A stretch of 64,000 bases of DNA from Eledone cirrhosa (GCA_964016885.1 OZ024743.1:168702001-168766000), one strand, 5' to 3'. Counted from the first letter of the stretch, positions 43,059 through 60,915 are shown. A program made the numbers and translations. The notes: generated by a model from the letters alone, not told the origin.

Positions 43059-43239
43059 GGTGGATTGGCAGTATCGGTGGAGGGTCGGACGCCATGCTTT
43101 CCAGCATAGTTACGTCCCTTTACGATCTGAGTTCAAATCCCGCCGAGGTTGACTTTGCCTTTCATCCTTACGGGGTCGATAAAATAAAGTACCAGTAATG
43201 CACTGGGTAATTGCTGGCCTTGTGCCAAAAGTAGAAACA
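43059..43239 (+). mobile_element. SINE family A inserted in the Helitron, 16-bp TSD
   Basis: ATTATTTAGAAATATT at 43043-43058 and 43240-43255. Confidence 0.92.
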
Positions 43240-43337
43240 ATTATTTAGAAATATTTCTAAATGATGATTTAAAAAAATATTTGATGAGGTAATAGGAACT
43301 TTTTCTAAGGTGAATACGATTTTCTATTCTTAAATAA

Positions 43338-46300
43338 TGCCTCGACGAGGAAGAAAGAAAACATCTGGTTGGTCTATCGATAGTGGAAAGAAAGCACGGC
43401 TAAGGTGAGCAAGATACTTGTCAACGTCAACAAGATCGGGACAGGCATGCAAATAGAAGGATCGATAAAGCAAGGGCTACGCGTCTGGCGAAACAGAGGG
43501 AAAGAGACAGAAGCAGGAGAGATCATGAATCGGATGCTCGGAGAGCTGCACGTCTGGCGGAACAGAGGGAAAGAGACAGAAGCAGGAGAGATCATGAATC
43601 GGATGCTCGGAGAGCTGAGCGTCAGGCGGAACAGAGGGAAAGAGACAGAAGGAGAGATACCGAATCGAACGCTCGGAGAACTGAACGTCTTTGCCAACAA
43701 ACCATTAGGGATAGAGCAAGGACAGTTCAACGACGTGACCTCTCTGCTGATGTTGGACAGATGAATAAGATCTGTATCTGTTGTCATGCAATGCTTTTTC
43801 ATGATGAAACTGCTAACTTTTGCTGTATGAATGGAAAAGCCAGGTTGGGGAATCTGCAGCCTTTACCCCAGGAACTTCACAGTTTATTTAGTACTGATCA
43901 ATCTAGGGCAAACGAGTTCAGGAAGAACCTCAGACAATACAACTGCCTGTTCCAAATGACATATTTTGGAGCCGAAGAAGTTCGTTCCTCGTTATTCATG
44001 GTCAAATTCACCATTACATCGGTTCCTTAACCCCTAATCCCAACGAACAACCCCAATTTCTTCAAATTTACTTCTTGGATCCTCAGGATAGTGTTGATTT
44101 GAGGATCAGGGTACTCCATAACGATGGCATTCAGCGCGACATAGTTGAATTATTGGAAATAATACTCAGACAATATAACCCTTACGTTGCTTCATTTCGA
44201 ATACCAAAAGAACAAATTAAAAATATTCCCGAAGCTTCGATTATTATTGATCCTGATAGGAGACCAGCAATGGAACATGAAAGATTCAATGCACAAACTG
44301 CAAACGAAGTTGCCGTTATTATACAAAACAGCACCGAACTTCAAGCAAAAGCACGGCATATTGTGTTGAAAGAAAAAGGCGGACAATTGCAAATAATCTC
44401 AGAGTCCCATCGGTCCTATGACAGTTTGCAGTATGTTCTATTTTTTCCTTTTGGCGATGACGGATGGCATCATGAGCTGTTAATGAGAAACAACAAGAAG
44501 TTGACGCCAATGCGTTACTATGCCTATCGAATAATGAACTATGAGAATGAATTCAACCAACTTCTCAGAGGCGGTCGTTTATTTCAGCAATATTTGATTG
44601 ACATGGCTGCGAAGATTGAAGGAGATAGACTGCAATACATCCGAATGAATCAAACATCATTGCGATCTACAACATACAAGGGCCTTACTGACGCATTGAA
44701 TGATGATGATGATTTTCGCAATATTGGCAGGCGAATCATACTCTCTTCCACATTTGTCGGTGGTCCGAAATATATGATGGAGCGATGCCAGGATACCATG
44801 ATGTACATACGGAATTACGGCAATCCTTCGTTCTTCATCATAATGACATGCAATGAAAACTAGCCCGAAATCCGGCAAAACCTATTCCTGAATCAGAAGC
44901 CACATGACAGGCCAGATTTAATTGCCAGAGTATTTGACCTGAAGCGGAAACTATTAAGAAAGTATCTTACTGGAGAAGATGGCCTATTTGGCAAGTGCAT
45001 TGCAGTCGAATATCAAAAGTGAGGTCTTCCTCATGTGCACTGTTTGCTAGGGCTCAATGAAGCCTCCAAGCTCAGACCGCAGGAATATGATAAATTTGTT
45101 CAAGCCGAAATACCAGATCCAAACAAAGATCCAGAGGGTCAGGAATTGGTGCTGAAGCACATGATCCACGGTCCGAATTGCTATGACAATTCGCCGTGTT
45201 AGAAAGATGGAACGTGCAGTGAGCGGTACCCTAAGCCTTTCAATGAATATACATTGTGTGGAGAGGACTCTTATCCTGTGTACAGAAGACGGTCTCCCGG
45301 AATGGGAGGATTTGAGGGGCACCAGGAAGGAAGGGGAAGCCGAAATATAACTTCGGAATGGATGGTTCCCTATAATATGAAACTATTAAAACTGTTCAAC
45401 TGCCACCTAAACGTAGAGATGTGCTCTTCCGTGAAATCGATCAAATACGTTATCAAATATACCATGAAGGACAGTGATCAGTCAATGTTTGGAAGATATA
45501 TCGGTCCTTCAGAAGGTGTTGCCTTGGTACTTGGATTTTCAATTCATGAGAGAGAACCGGCCCAAGTTCATCTACCTGAGGAAAATCAAATCTTTCGGGT
45601 CAATGCTGCTGTTAAAGTAAACAATAACATGGCTAAGACGACTCTGACTGAGTTATGGATCTTTGCGATCGCGATCCGTTTGCAAAAACATTGTATTATG
45701 CCGATGTGCCAAAGTTTTACACTTGGAGTAATAAGAGATGGGAAAGGAGAAAGGTGGGGAAAACAGTTGAGCAGTGTCCAGGGATTTTTGAGGCGAAAGA
45801 TTTGGGACGAGTATACACTGTTTCTCCACGAAATGGTGATCTGTATTATTTAAGACTCCTTCTGCATCACGTCAAAGGGCCAGTATCCTTCAACTCTTTG
45901 AAAATGTGTGATGGAGAACTCCTTCCATTATTCAAAGACCTCTGCAGAGAGAAAGGTTTGCTTCAATCGGATGATCATTGGCAGCAGACTCTGGAAGATG
46001 CTGAGCGAATAAGGCTTCCCAAAGCCATGAGAGATCTATTCATCGTGCTCCTCACAAATACGAAAATTGACAATTCCAGTGCTTTAATTGCCTTCGCTGT
46101 CTGAGGATTACCTTCAAATAGAAAAAAGGGCTACCAGAAACTCTAACCTTTTGATTAGCGAGAGACATTATGATCAATGTCTTCTGTATTTCGAAGACAA
46201 ACTTAACGACATGGGCAAAAGTCTTAGTGACTTTAACTTGCTAAGGCCAAATAATATTGTTGCTAATCAGGATGTTGGCAATTTGGAGTTATTGTATGAA

Positions 46301-47707
46301 TTGCAATACAGCAGAGAAGAGCAGCGACGATTTGTAGAAGAGACGGAGCCTCTATTGAATAGTGAACAAAACCCGTGTACGACTTCGTTTGTAACAGTTT
46401 AGAGACGAACACATCTGCATTGATTTTCTTTGACGCTCCAGGTGGAACAGGAAAGACATTCCTGATTAACTTAATTCTTTCAAAAGTCAGGGGAAACAGC
46501 GACGTAGCTATTGCTGTTGCGTCATCTGGCATTGCCGCAACACTGATGCCTGGTGGAAGAACAGCGCATTCTAGGTTCAAAATAGCGATAGTAGTGAAAG
46601 AAAATGGTCTGTGCAACATTGATAAAAACTCAAAGACGACAAACCTCTTCCAGCATACAAGGCTGATTATTTGGGATGAGTGTCCTATGATTCGGAGGGA
46701 AAGCTTCGAAGCTGTTGACCTCACTCTGCGTGACATATGCGACAACAATGAGGCATTCGGTGGAATTTTTTACAATTTGCTGTGGCGATTTCCGTCAGCT
46801 TCTTCCGGTAGTGATAAGGGGAAATGAAACGGACGTGGAAAACGCCTACATTAAAAAATCCTACTTATGGAGAAGCTTCAAAAGATTTCAGTTGAAGACA
46901 AACATGTGATTGGGCGGGGGAGCAGGAGACTATTCACAGTTCCTATAGGATATTGGAGAAGATAAGATAAATAAAACTGAAAATTAGGTAATTATTTTAC
47001 CAAAAGAAATGGTTCTCCAAGTAACATCTGAGGAAGAATATATTGATTTCATCTACTCCTCATTCGACAATCCAGCTGAAGTGTTTTCGAACAATTGCAT
47101 CTTAGTACCTCTCAATGAAATGACGAGAAGCATCAATTCCACCTGTATCAGACGCTTCCCTGGAACCATAAAAGAGTACCGATCCTATAATTCTGTGAGT
47201 GATGGTGCCAATGTCACTCATTTCCCCACTGAATTCCTTGATTCGGTTGAACTATCAGGACTGCCCCCATATAACCTGGAATTGAAAAAAGGATCGTCAA
47301 TAATTCTTATGAGAAACTTGAATCCTCCAAGGTTTTGTAATGGAACGCGCATGATCGTGGAAGAACTACACGACAATCTCATAGTAGCAAGAACCAACAC
47401 TGCTGCTTTCAGAAACGAGATCGTTATGATACCTAGAATAAGAATGAATCTATTCGAAGGTGAGGATATCACTTTGCAGCGAAGCCAATTCCCAGTTCAA
47501 CCGCGATTCGCTATGACTATTCATAAAGCACAAGGACAAACTATGGAAAACGTCTTGGTTTATCTGGAACGACGTGTATTCCAACACGGTCAACAGCATG
47601 TAGCCCTTAGCCGCGGAAAACGAAAAGAAAATGTCAGAGTGTTTCTGAAGGATACCCAGTCAACTAAGAATGTTGTCATCAAAAGCATTCTTTTGAACAA
47701 ACTGTAA
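43338..47707 (+). pseudogene. Helitron Rep/PIF1-helicase (RepHel) with stops and frameshifts
   Basis: Cys motif CICCHA..CCMNGK; YDSLQYVLFFPFG; GRLFQQY; Rep motifs FIIMTCN, VEYQK*GLPHVH, KYVIKY; helicase GGTGKT, IIWDE, GDFRQLLPV, FAMTIHKAQGQT, VALSR. Confidence 0.95.
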
Positions 47708-48494
47708 CAGCGTAAATATGAGAAAATGTTGATTCCGACGTCAGAAAATGAAAGGAAAAGGAAACACTAAGACAAGTAAGAATAATTTCTTCCAAATTTT
47801 TGTAAATAAAACCAGCTTTTCATTAACATTGCAACTTTTTAAGCAGAAACATCTTTCAGAACAAACAGTCAAGCATCCATAGGGATATAGCAAAACAAAT
47901 TTTGAAGTGGAGTGATTGGATAGCTATTAGTGAAAAATTATTTGATATTTTCTTTGTGAAAATACTTGTGAATAATACAGTGAAAAGACAAGTTTCGCGT
48001 AAATCGGACCACGGGTTCCCGAGATACGCGGGTTTTTTCGGGTACCTTTATAAATAGCAAAATTAGCGCATCATGGGAAAATACTTTGAAAGTAAGGTAC
48101 CATTGAAATGTGAATACAAACGCAGATAGTGGTTGTGAGAGAGAGAGGGGGAGAGAGATGGTGGTGTTGTTGAATGGAATTATGACTGGTGACTTCAAAG
48201 AATCAAATACAGCATTACTGTATCTAGCTTAAATTTGGTGACTGAATATATGTATCTTATAACTTGTGTTAGGACAGGACGTATGTGTGTCTGTGACCAG
48301 TGTATATAGGCCACAGACGCCCATACACACAAATTTACACATATATATATATACACGTACATATACACACACACATACACGTATATATATTGGCTTTCCA
48401 ATGTCATTTTACATTATATACATTTTATGTATATTTTAATTATTTAAACATTATTTTTAAGTGTACATGACCCAACGGTTCACGGGTGGTCTAT

Positions 48495-51762
<3,268 letters not shown>

Positions 51763-51955
51763 CCGTTTCGACGGCTATTTCTGGACTAGTCCAGAAAAAG
51801 CCGTCGAAACGGCTTGAGCTCTGCCGTCGGGGTCATACATTTTCCTATTATCCACTCTACTACCCTAAGTATTAAGGACTCTGGTGCGTTATGGTCGATC
51901 TGGCTCCTTACCACAAATCCTTCGTTATATATATATATATATTTACACACACACA

Positions 51956-51999
<44 letters not shown>

Positions 52000-52439
52000 C
52001 AATGAGTTATTTAATTTGTTGATTATTGTTTATGTGCGTGTATCTTAATTATGTTAACGGATTCATTAAGAGTTCAGATGGGGTGGCGAAGGGGGGAATT
52101 ATAAACTAGAGACACATTCTATGACATTGGCAACAGTAGGTTTGTGAAAGAAGTTCTTGTTTTGGAACATGGTTTTGGATTGTGAGTGTATACGTGTGAG
52201 AGTGTATATATAAAAATACACACATGTATGTGGGGGGGGGGGGGTGCTTCAGTCTGTCACAGGTCCCTTTGTGGTGGGAAATAAAAAAAAACAGCAAAGC
52301 ATCAGTGGTGGCTTTCAATCAGGAATCCTTGGAAGATATATGCATGAGAAATGTTTTCTTTTATTTCGTGGTGTGTGTGTGTGTGTCTGTGTGAGTGTGT
52401 GAGGGGGAGAGGGAGAATATAATGGGAGTGATTCCATAT

Positions 52440-54700
52440 TTGATTTTGTTTTAAATCTGTTAATAAATAGCTTTTCTTTATTCTTTGTTGTTGAGTGAAA
52501 GAATCGGGGCACTTGTAAAGGGAGAAGATTTTTTAAAGTTCCTAAATATGGCTACTTAAGAGGATGTTTCTTGTGTTTACGTCTCGGATTTACTGGCGAT
52601 GGATGGTGATTCTTTTGCGTAATGACACACCCGTCTGTCCTATGTAGTTGTGTCGACAGCCACTGCATGTGATTACGTAGATCAGGTTCTCTTAGTTGGA
52701 AATGAAGGGGTTTTTCACTGTAAAAGTTTGGTCATCTTTAAACGTGAATTTTTGTCCTTCAATTAAGTATAGGCATGTGCCACAGTTTGTTCTTCCGCAT
52801 TTTGTTACCGTAATATTGGAGATTGTTTTTATATATTTGTTCCAGTGAGAATGTGTTTTAGTGATTTGGGTTGCCTTTTACATTTAATGATTTTGTGTGT
52901 TTCTAAGATGTTTTCATTTTTTCATCTTTAAGTAGAATGGGGAGGTATTTGTGTAGGAGGTCAAACATTTCGGTAGTTCTGGGGTTGAACAGGGATACAT
53001 AAGGTAAGATGTAGTTTGTGGTTCTGTGCTTTGGGTTGTTGGGTTGAAGAAAATTTGCGTGTTTTGCTCTGTCTATTCCGTTATTAATTATGTCAAGTGG
53101 GAAGGCTCTTAAGGTAAGTGTGTTTTTTAGTTCATTTAGTCTTTGTTCCCGTTCAACTGGGTTTGATACTAAGATGCATATACGTTAGGCTAAATTAAAA
53201 GGAATGTTAAGTTTTGTATGTTTTGGGGGATTTGATGAGTTCGTAATGTTTAGAGTCCGTGGGTTTATAAATGATGTTTGTTTCTATTTTTCCATCTGTT
53301 TTTAAAAGAATATCCAAGAAGGCTAATTCCTTGGAGATGAATTCCACTGTGAATTGTATGTTATTGTTAATGTTATTTATCATATTTTTTAAAAGAGTGA
53401 GTGTATCCATGTCTTCCTGCCATAGTATAAAGCAATCGTCTAAGTATCTCTTCCAATTAATTTTGAGATGTGTAAGGAAAGAGTCTCCGAATAATAGAAG
53501 GGATTGGTTGTAGATTTGTTGTTCGTAGAATCCCATGACTAAGTTGGTATATGTTGGGCTACCTTTGTGCCCATTGCATTACGTGAGATTTGTCGGTATG
53601 TTCATTGAAAGTAAAAAAAAAATATTCTGTAAAATAAATCGGAGTCCATCAATAATAAAGATTTTGTTGATGTGTTTGTTATTTCAGATTGGTCAGTGTC
53701 TAGCCAAAACTGGATTGCTGTTATTCCATAGTTATGGGGCATATTAGTGCAAAGGTTTCCTATGTCAAAGGAGACAAGAATGTTTTCACTTACTGTTTTG
53801 GGTAGGTGGTTCAGCATATCAAGGTCATCCTGTATATAGCTCTGTATATGTTTTAGTAAGTGCTTTAGTAGGATGAAGATGCTAAGTCTGTGGGTTTCAC
53901 ACGCAGGGCCTGCTATAATTGGTCTGAGTTTTAAGACTTCTGGTGGTGTTAATTGTATGTATTTTTTAGTCGCAGTGTCACATGCATCTTTTATGAGTTT
54001 ACACATTTTCGGTAAGTCGTAGGAAGCACTTGTATTATATTTGAAATGGTTTATGTATTCAAATTCTTTTGTGGTTATGCTATTGCGATGTTTTTGTAGT
54101 AATGCTAGGAGATTCCCCATTGTTTTAGTTTGTTTGTAGTTTTCGGTTTTTTCGTAGTACTTGTCGTCTAAGATTTTAAGTGCCAGGTCCCTATAGTAGT
54201 CAGTGAACATAATAACCACAGTACACCTTTTATCGGCTTCTTTGGTGGTTATTTCAGTGTTATCTCGAAGAGTGAGTAATTTTTTCCATTCATGTTTAGA
54301 GAAGTTCAATTTTATGTGTTTATTTGCAATTTGTTCATAGGGAAGTTGATGGTGCATTCGCAGTAGGTGTCTTGTGCTGTGTTCCTTCCTTTCTGTGGGC
54401 AGAAATCGCTTTTGTTTCTGACTATTGATTCGTCTTCAGTGTTGGTGTCATTGGAGAAGTATTTTCTTAGTCTAAGTTTTCGACAGAATTCTAAGATGTC
54501 ATCTTTCATTTCGGGGGAGTTAGATTTTTGTGGTGTGGGTGTAAATTTCAGTCCCTTACTTAATATGTTAATTTGTGTGTTAGTTAGTGATATCTTTGGA
54601 AGGTTAATTATCTTCGGTTTCTCATGAGTGGGAGCCATAGGGTGTCCGGGTATTTCAGTCTTGTTCCTAAAAAAGGAATGTTGTTTTCGTTGTAATTGTA
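52440..54700 (-). mobile_element. Penelope-like element, decayed RT plus GIY-YIG
   Basis: LSKGLKFTPTP; EADKRCTVVI; LRPIIAGP; SFDIGNLCTN; WKRYLDD; YKPTD; remnant YVITCSGC..YIGQTG (52620-52680). Confidence 0.9.
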
Positions 54701-54883
54701 GTCTGCTTGTCTGTTTTGTAGGTGTTTATAGTTCGCTTTTTCATGAGAGTTAATGTGGTGAAGGGGTTGGTATCTGTTGTAGTTGTTATTGTGTAAGAGT
54801 TATGTTATGGCTTCAGGTGGTCTAGTTGGGTACTTTCTGGGATGCATAGTGTTGATGAAGGAAATCATCAGGGAGGTCATGTC

Positions 54884-54930
54884 TTTCCTGATGATTTCCT
54901 TCGAATGAAACAGTTCCAGTCCTGTAGAAG
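54884..54930 (+). ncRNA. Type I hammerhead with a 4-bp stem III
   Basis: TTTC-CTGATGA-tTTCcttcGAAt-GAA-ACAG(ttccagtc)CTGT-A-GAAG. Relatives lie at 62111-62228 and 26379-26440. Confidence 0.7.
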
Positions 54931-55046
54931 CCATTTCTATATTAAATATTTATACTCTGCTATGTATCGTGTACCTTACTTAGTGTGGTTAGCCCCGATT
55001 GAACCCGGGATACATACACACACACACATACACAAACTCACACACA

Positions 55047-55124
<78 letters not shown>

Positions 55125-55461
55125 AGTTAATATAAATTAATATATTTGATAAACACAAATACCAACATATCCATGTTTGTATTGTAAAGGACTAAGTTAG
55201 CTAGATTGAAAAATACTAATTATAATAATACAGTTTGCCTGTCTCGATTTAAAATAATAAATCAATAAAAACAAAGTATATTGGTAAATGGCCGTGGTGG
55301 TTGCACAAATTTAAATTTCAAAATCAAACCTGTTCCGTAGATTGGTTTAAACCTTAAAATCCAAATAAGTTTCGAAAAATGAAAGTGAAAGAATACCGCA
55401 TTTCTATCTCCTCAGCAAGCACCAGAAAAATTGGTATGTTTCACTTCAAAATATATATATA

Positions 55462-55861
55462 TAATTCAAGAAAGAAGAGTGACATGGTTCGCTATACAAT
55501 AAGGGCTTTATTCACATTGCTGACAATTGTTTCTTTGATCTGGTAGATCTAGAGTTTACTATCTGCCTGATTATGCGCCAATAGATCTCCAATACTTTGT
55601 ATATAACCAGTCATTTTCATCAGAGCGGGCGAAATGAAGATACATAAGGCATGATTTTTATATAGGTGTGGTATTAAACCAGAACAATAATAATATCAAT
55701 GATAAAATAAAATAACTAGATAGCAGATAGTTAAAATAATAATATCAATATAAGTAAGACAGAGAGTATAATGAAGAATCTAGCATGTTAAACAAACTGA
55801 TATGATACAAACATATGGAATTGACGTGTTAAAACTGCTATAGGGTACATTAGATATAGTG
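55462..55861 (-). mobile_element. Solo PLE pLTR fragment (family of 51270-51715)
   Basis: Reverse complement of ~51175-51545. Confidence 0.8.
55510..55635 (-). ncRNA. Hammerhead with 83-nt stem II domain, intact core
   Basis: Minus: GCU-CUGAUGA-aaaUGACUGGU..ACCAGaUCAaa-GAAAC-AAUU-GUC-AGC. Confidence 0.75.
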
Positions 55862-55864
55862 ATG

Positions 55865-56970
55865 GGGTGGAGCTGAACAAAAAGATATGGATAGGAAGAC
55901 TAGAAAGCTATTGACTATCTACAACATGTTCCACAAGAGGAGTGATGTCGATAGACTCTACTTAAAGAGATCTGAAGGTGGAAGAGGTCTTATCAGCATA
56001 TAGGACTGTGATCAGATGGAGAAAAACAACCTACACAAATACGTGACTGATAGTAGGGAGCCAATGCTCAGAATTGTACTGAAGGAAAGGAAATAGACCA
56101 GGGGATGTCCAAGGAGGAAATAACAACATGGAGGAAGAGCAACCTTCATGAACAATCCCTTCATAGTACTTTCTTTGAGAAAACTGAATTTAGAGATGCA
56201 CAGACATGGAACTGGTTAAAAAGAGGAGACCTTAAAAAGGCTACAGAAGGAATGCTAATGGCTGCACAAGAGCAAGCCCACAGAACGAAGTGGGTGAAAC
56301 ACCATATTTACATGGAGGAAGCTAGCCCACAGTGTACGATCTGTGGAGAGAGAGAGGAGACTGTGGCTCACATTGTATCCGAGTGTAAACACCTAGCCCA
56401 GACTCACTATAAAGGCTGGAGACATGATGTGATGGGCAGGGTGATCCACTGGCACCTATGCAAATTAAACAATTTACCACATTCTGAGAAGTGGTATGAG
56501 CATAAGCCAGAGTCGGTGATAGAAAACGATCAGGTGAAGGTGCTATGGGATTTTAGGATACAGACGGAACACAATAGGCCTGACCTGGTGGTTTTGGACA
56601 AGGAAAAAAGAACGTGCCTGATTGTAGATGTAGCCTTCCCATTTGACACGAGAGTGCAAGAAAAGGAGAGGAAGAAAATTAACCGATACCAGTTCTTAAA
56701 TTGGGAGGTAAAAAGGATTTGGAACTGCCATGAAGTCAGATTCGTCCCGATTGTCATAGGCGCACTAGGTACTATCTCAAAGAGTTTCCAAGGATGGTCA
56801 AAGAAAATTAGTCCAGCCCCGCTTTTTGGAACACTTGAAAAGGCATGCTTGCTGGGAACAGCAAGAACCGTCCGATACGTCCTGAATATCTGAGGCTGCA
56901 GGTAGCGGCTTGATATTCATTTCAACAAACTTTCCAGTTAAATAACATCAATGACTGAGACTCAAAGAAC

Positions 56971-57032
<62 letters not shown>
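55865..57032 (+). mobile_element. R4/Dong-like non-LTR retrotransposon, 5'-truncated, with (TAA)n tail
   Basis: DRKTRKLL..DVDRLYLKRSEGGRGL; CCHC knuckle CTICG..ETVAHIVSEC; RHD; nuclease RPDLV..D..KINRY (ORF 56105-56893). Confidence 0.9.
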
Positions 57033-57034
<2 letters not shown>

Positions 57035-57700
57035 TTTTCATTTATTGGTCACAAGCGCCGACATAGAGAGGACAATACAATAGACGGGGACAGTGGAGGT
57101 TTTACAAAAAAATCGAGAAAACAATATAAAGACAATAACAATGAATAAGAAAAATAAAATACAACAATGAAAAGTCCTGAATAAGAGAGAAAACCACACA
57201 GGGGCGACTCAGATACCCCTCTTCGAGAGCACCCGGAAAGTGCACCACTCTCGTCCTCAAATCAATCAGCCTACAGGCGCATGTTCAGATTAGGCCAATA
57301 ATATAGGCTTGCAATATCCACCCACATTTTAGCAAACGTACTGGAGGCAGCATTTCTCTCCCCACCCTCACCTTCCTTTCCAAGTGAAACTTGAAAAAGT
57401 TGATGAAGCATTGGTTAAAGAGAAAAAGTATCTGCCTTCAGTCTTTTCAACCTACTCCACCACACAACCTCTTTTGCTACTGCCACCAAACAGGAAAGCT
57501 GCCTGTTCCAACTGGTGAAATAATGGCGGAGGGGCGATCTTTACTATGGACTCGGCCGATAGCCAGATAACATACATGCGATAACAGCTCTACGACATAA
57601 TTCCACAAGTCAGTAATGCACGGATCCTGGACAAGTGCGTGTAGAACGGTTTCGTCGCTCTGCGCGCATCTCTGGCAGGGCCAAATGACAGCACCTCGTC
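57033..57700 (-). mobile_element. 3' fragment of a Tx1/L1-clade LINE related to 4125-4800
   Basis: Minus: CQRCAQSDETVLHALVQ..IWLSAES..FINFFKFHL..KVRV. Confidence 0.8.
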
Positions 57701-57945
57701 ATAAGTATGCATATATATATAGCGAACCATGCGTCACTACTTAATAAACGTAATTAAATCATAACAAATAGTCCTTTTTATTTTATATATATATATATAT
57801 ATATAGTATAGTAAGAATATTTTCGAAACAGCGAGTGGGTTTGAAATTATTAGAAATGTAAGTTATCGCCGTATTTTGACTAAAGAAATTAAAGAGATTA
57901 TTTAGCCTGATAGTGGGGTTAAAAACCCTCGGAAAAATGGAAAAA

Positions 57946-58011
<66 letters not shown>

Positions 58012-58042
58012 AGTGTAATTTACTACACAAAACGAAGGTTAT

Positions 58043-58555
58043 AGAGAAAATTGAGGTTGGTAATGGCACATGGAATATATAAGAGACAGAATACTTTTTT
58101 GTGAAAAAACATATAATTTTATAAGGTAAGGAAATAATAAAGGGTATAAAAAATGACCGGTTTCGATGGGTCTGTAAAAGCCATCTTTTCAAATGTTGAT
58201 TAATATTAAGAAAAATTAATAATAAGAAGAGTTAAAATTTGAGATTTGAAAATTCAAGTATAAAATTCATTGTGGGATTTCATAGTAGTTTTCATCTTGG
58301 TAGCAGCTAGTTGACTGCTGTGTGCCTTTCTGGTAGTGAATGAGAAGTTATTTGGGGGTGTGGCTTATTTTATAAAGGTTAGATTTAGCAATGGCCAGAT
58401 GGCCAGCTGCTGGTCAGTGAGGGGGTGGAAGCAATATACATACATATATCTCCCTGTGGTCGGTAGGAGAGGTGAGATTGATAGAAAGAGATTTAGTGCA
58501 CTTACACCTATATATACACACATACCTTCATCCACACATACATACATATACATAT

Positions 58556-58604
<49 letters not shown>

Positions 58605-59156
58605 CACACATGCATACACACACACATACATATACATACACACATACACACACACATATATGCACATACACACACATATATATACACACATACACATATA
58701 TACATACACATACATCCAGATACACATACATACACACACACACACACATATATATATATGTGTAAATACACATATATACACACATATTCATACACATATA
58801 TATACACACACCCACACATACATACACGTGTATACATGTATATGTGTATATATGTGTATAACACGTGTACACATATATACACATACACGTGTATACATGT
58901 GTATGTGTATATATGTGTGTGTGTGTTTGTATGTGTGTATGTATATATACACACACACATATATATATACATACACACATACAAACACACACACACATAT
59001 ATACACATACACACACATATATATATACACACACACACATATATATATATACACATACGCATACATCCAGATACACACATACATACACACACACACACAC
59101 ACAATACATACATCCACATGCACACACATGTGCATGAGCGTATGTATGCGTATGTG

Positions 59157-59187
<31 letters not shown>

Positions 59188-59471
59188 ATATATATGTGTG
59201 TGTGTATGTGTATATATGTGTGTGTGTGTGTGTTTGTATGTGTGTATGTATATATATGTGTGTGTGTATGTATGTGTGGGTGTGTGTATATATATGTGTA
59301 TGTATATGTGTGTATATATGTGTGTGTGTATGTGTATGTGTGTGTATGTATGTGTGTATCTGGATGTATGTGTATGTATATACATGTGTGTGTGTGTATA
59401 TATATATGTGTGTGTATGTGCATATATGTGTGTGTGTATGTATATGTATGTTGTGTGTGTATGTATGTGTG

Positions 59472-59530
<59 letters not shown>

Positions 59531-60037
59531 GTATGTATATTGTATACGTATGTGTGGATGATGGTATGTGTGTATATAATAGGTGTAAGTGCACTAAATC
59601 CCTTTCTATCAATCTCCCCTCTCCTACCGACCACAGGGAGATATATGAATGTATATTGCTTCCACCCCCTCACTGACCAGCAGCTGGCCATCTGGCCATT
59701 GCTAAATCTGACCTTTATAAAATAACCCACACCCCCAAATAACTTCTCATTCACTACCAGAAAGGCACACAGCAATCAACTAGCTGCTACCAAGATGAAA
59801 ACTACTATGAAATCCCACAATGAATTTTATACTTGAATTTTCAAATCTCAAATTTTAACTCTTCTTGTTATTAATTTTTCTTAATATTAATCAACATTTG
59901 AAAAGATGGCTTTTACAGACCCATCGAAACCGGTCATTTTTTATACTCTTTATTTTCCTTACCTTATAAAATTATATGTTTTTTCACAAAAAAGTATTCT
60001 GTCTCTTATATATTCCATGTGCCATTACCAACCTCAA

Positions 60038-60045
<8 letters not shown>
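58043..60045. repeat. ~2 kb palindrome: ~500 bp unique arms around a mirrored CA/TG microsatellite core
   Basis: 58043-58545 is inverted at ~59545-60045. Each arm has a degenerate hammerhead (TTGAAAA-GATGG..CCATC-GAAACCGGTC). Confidence 0.9.
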
Positions 60046-60132
<87 letters not shown>

Positions 60133-60248
60133 TTAGTTTAGCAAAACAAGACCACAAATTTCACAAGGAAGACATTATTAAAAGATTGTCAACATATTTT
60201 AGTTTGATGTAAGGAATGTAGAGAATAATAATAATAATAATAATGTCC

Positions 60249-60370
60249 GTTTACAATTGTTTCGCTACTCCATATGATATTTCTGGATCAGATGACTATA
60301 TATCATAATTGATCTGGTTCAGTTGAAAATAATTAACATATTTATAAAACAGAGCGGCTCATCGGAACTT
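60249..60370 (-). ncRNA. Hammerhead with 95-nt stem II domain (core variant CCGAUGA)
   Basis: Minus: GUU-CCGAUGA-GCCGCUC..GAGUAGC-GAAAC-AAUU-GUA-AAC. Confidence 0.65.
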
Positions 60371-60389
60371 CAAAGGAATATAAATTAAA

Positions 60390-60561
60390 ATAATTGTTTC
60401 TACTATTGGCACAAGGCTAGCAATTACCAGTACGTTACTGGTATCTTATTTTATCGACCCCGTAAGGATGAAAGCCAAAGTTAACCTCGGCGGGATTTGA
60501 ACTCAGAATGGCAAGGGCCGTAACTCTATGCGTCAAAACATGGCGTCCGACCCTCTACCGA
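60390..60561 (-). mobile_element. SINE family A
   Basis: Consensus match. Confidence 0.85.
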
Positions 60562-60915
60562 ATGAGAGAATGTTACATAAGATAATGTTCCATATATTGG
60601 TTTTTCACTATGGTGTCTTGGTTGCATCAGTTGTCAGCCATAATCAAGCAGTATTCATCTGTCGACGCTGCATTGTGTGAGATCTGCCTATGGGTAACAA
60701 GATGGCTGCCAAAGGACATATTTCCCTTACTAATTAGAGGGTGGTTTCAGGGGAAGTAACTCGTCGAGAGATTAGAAATTGTGGGTAGTTTATAGTTAAG
60801 TGCTAATTTTTAAATTTTTTAATTGAGAGACAATGTAGGGGAGGTAATTTATAATTATCTAAGTTAGTCATAGCTATTTAACTTATTAGCTACAAGTAAA
60901 AATGGGGCTAGATGA

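Noticed and set aside
43405-43764. 119-aa ORF with VWRNRGKETEAGE repeats
   Set aside because: It is an alternative frame of the Helitron N-terminal repeats. The frame continuous with RepHel is the RLAKQRERD one.
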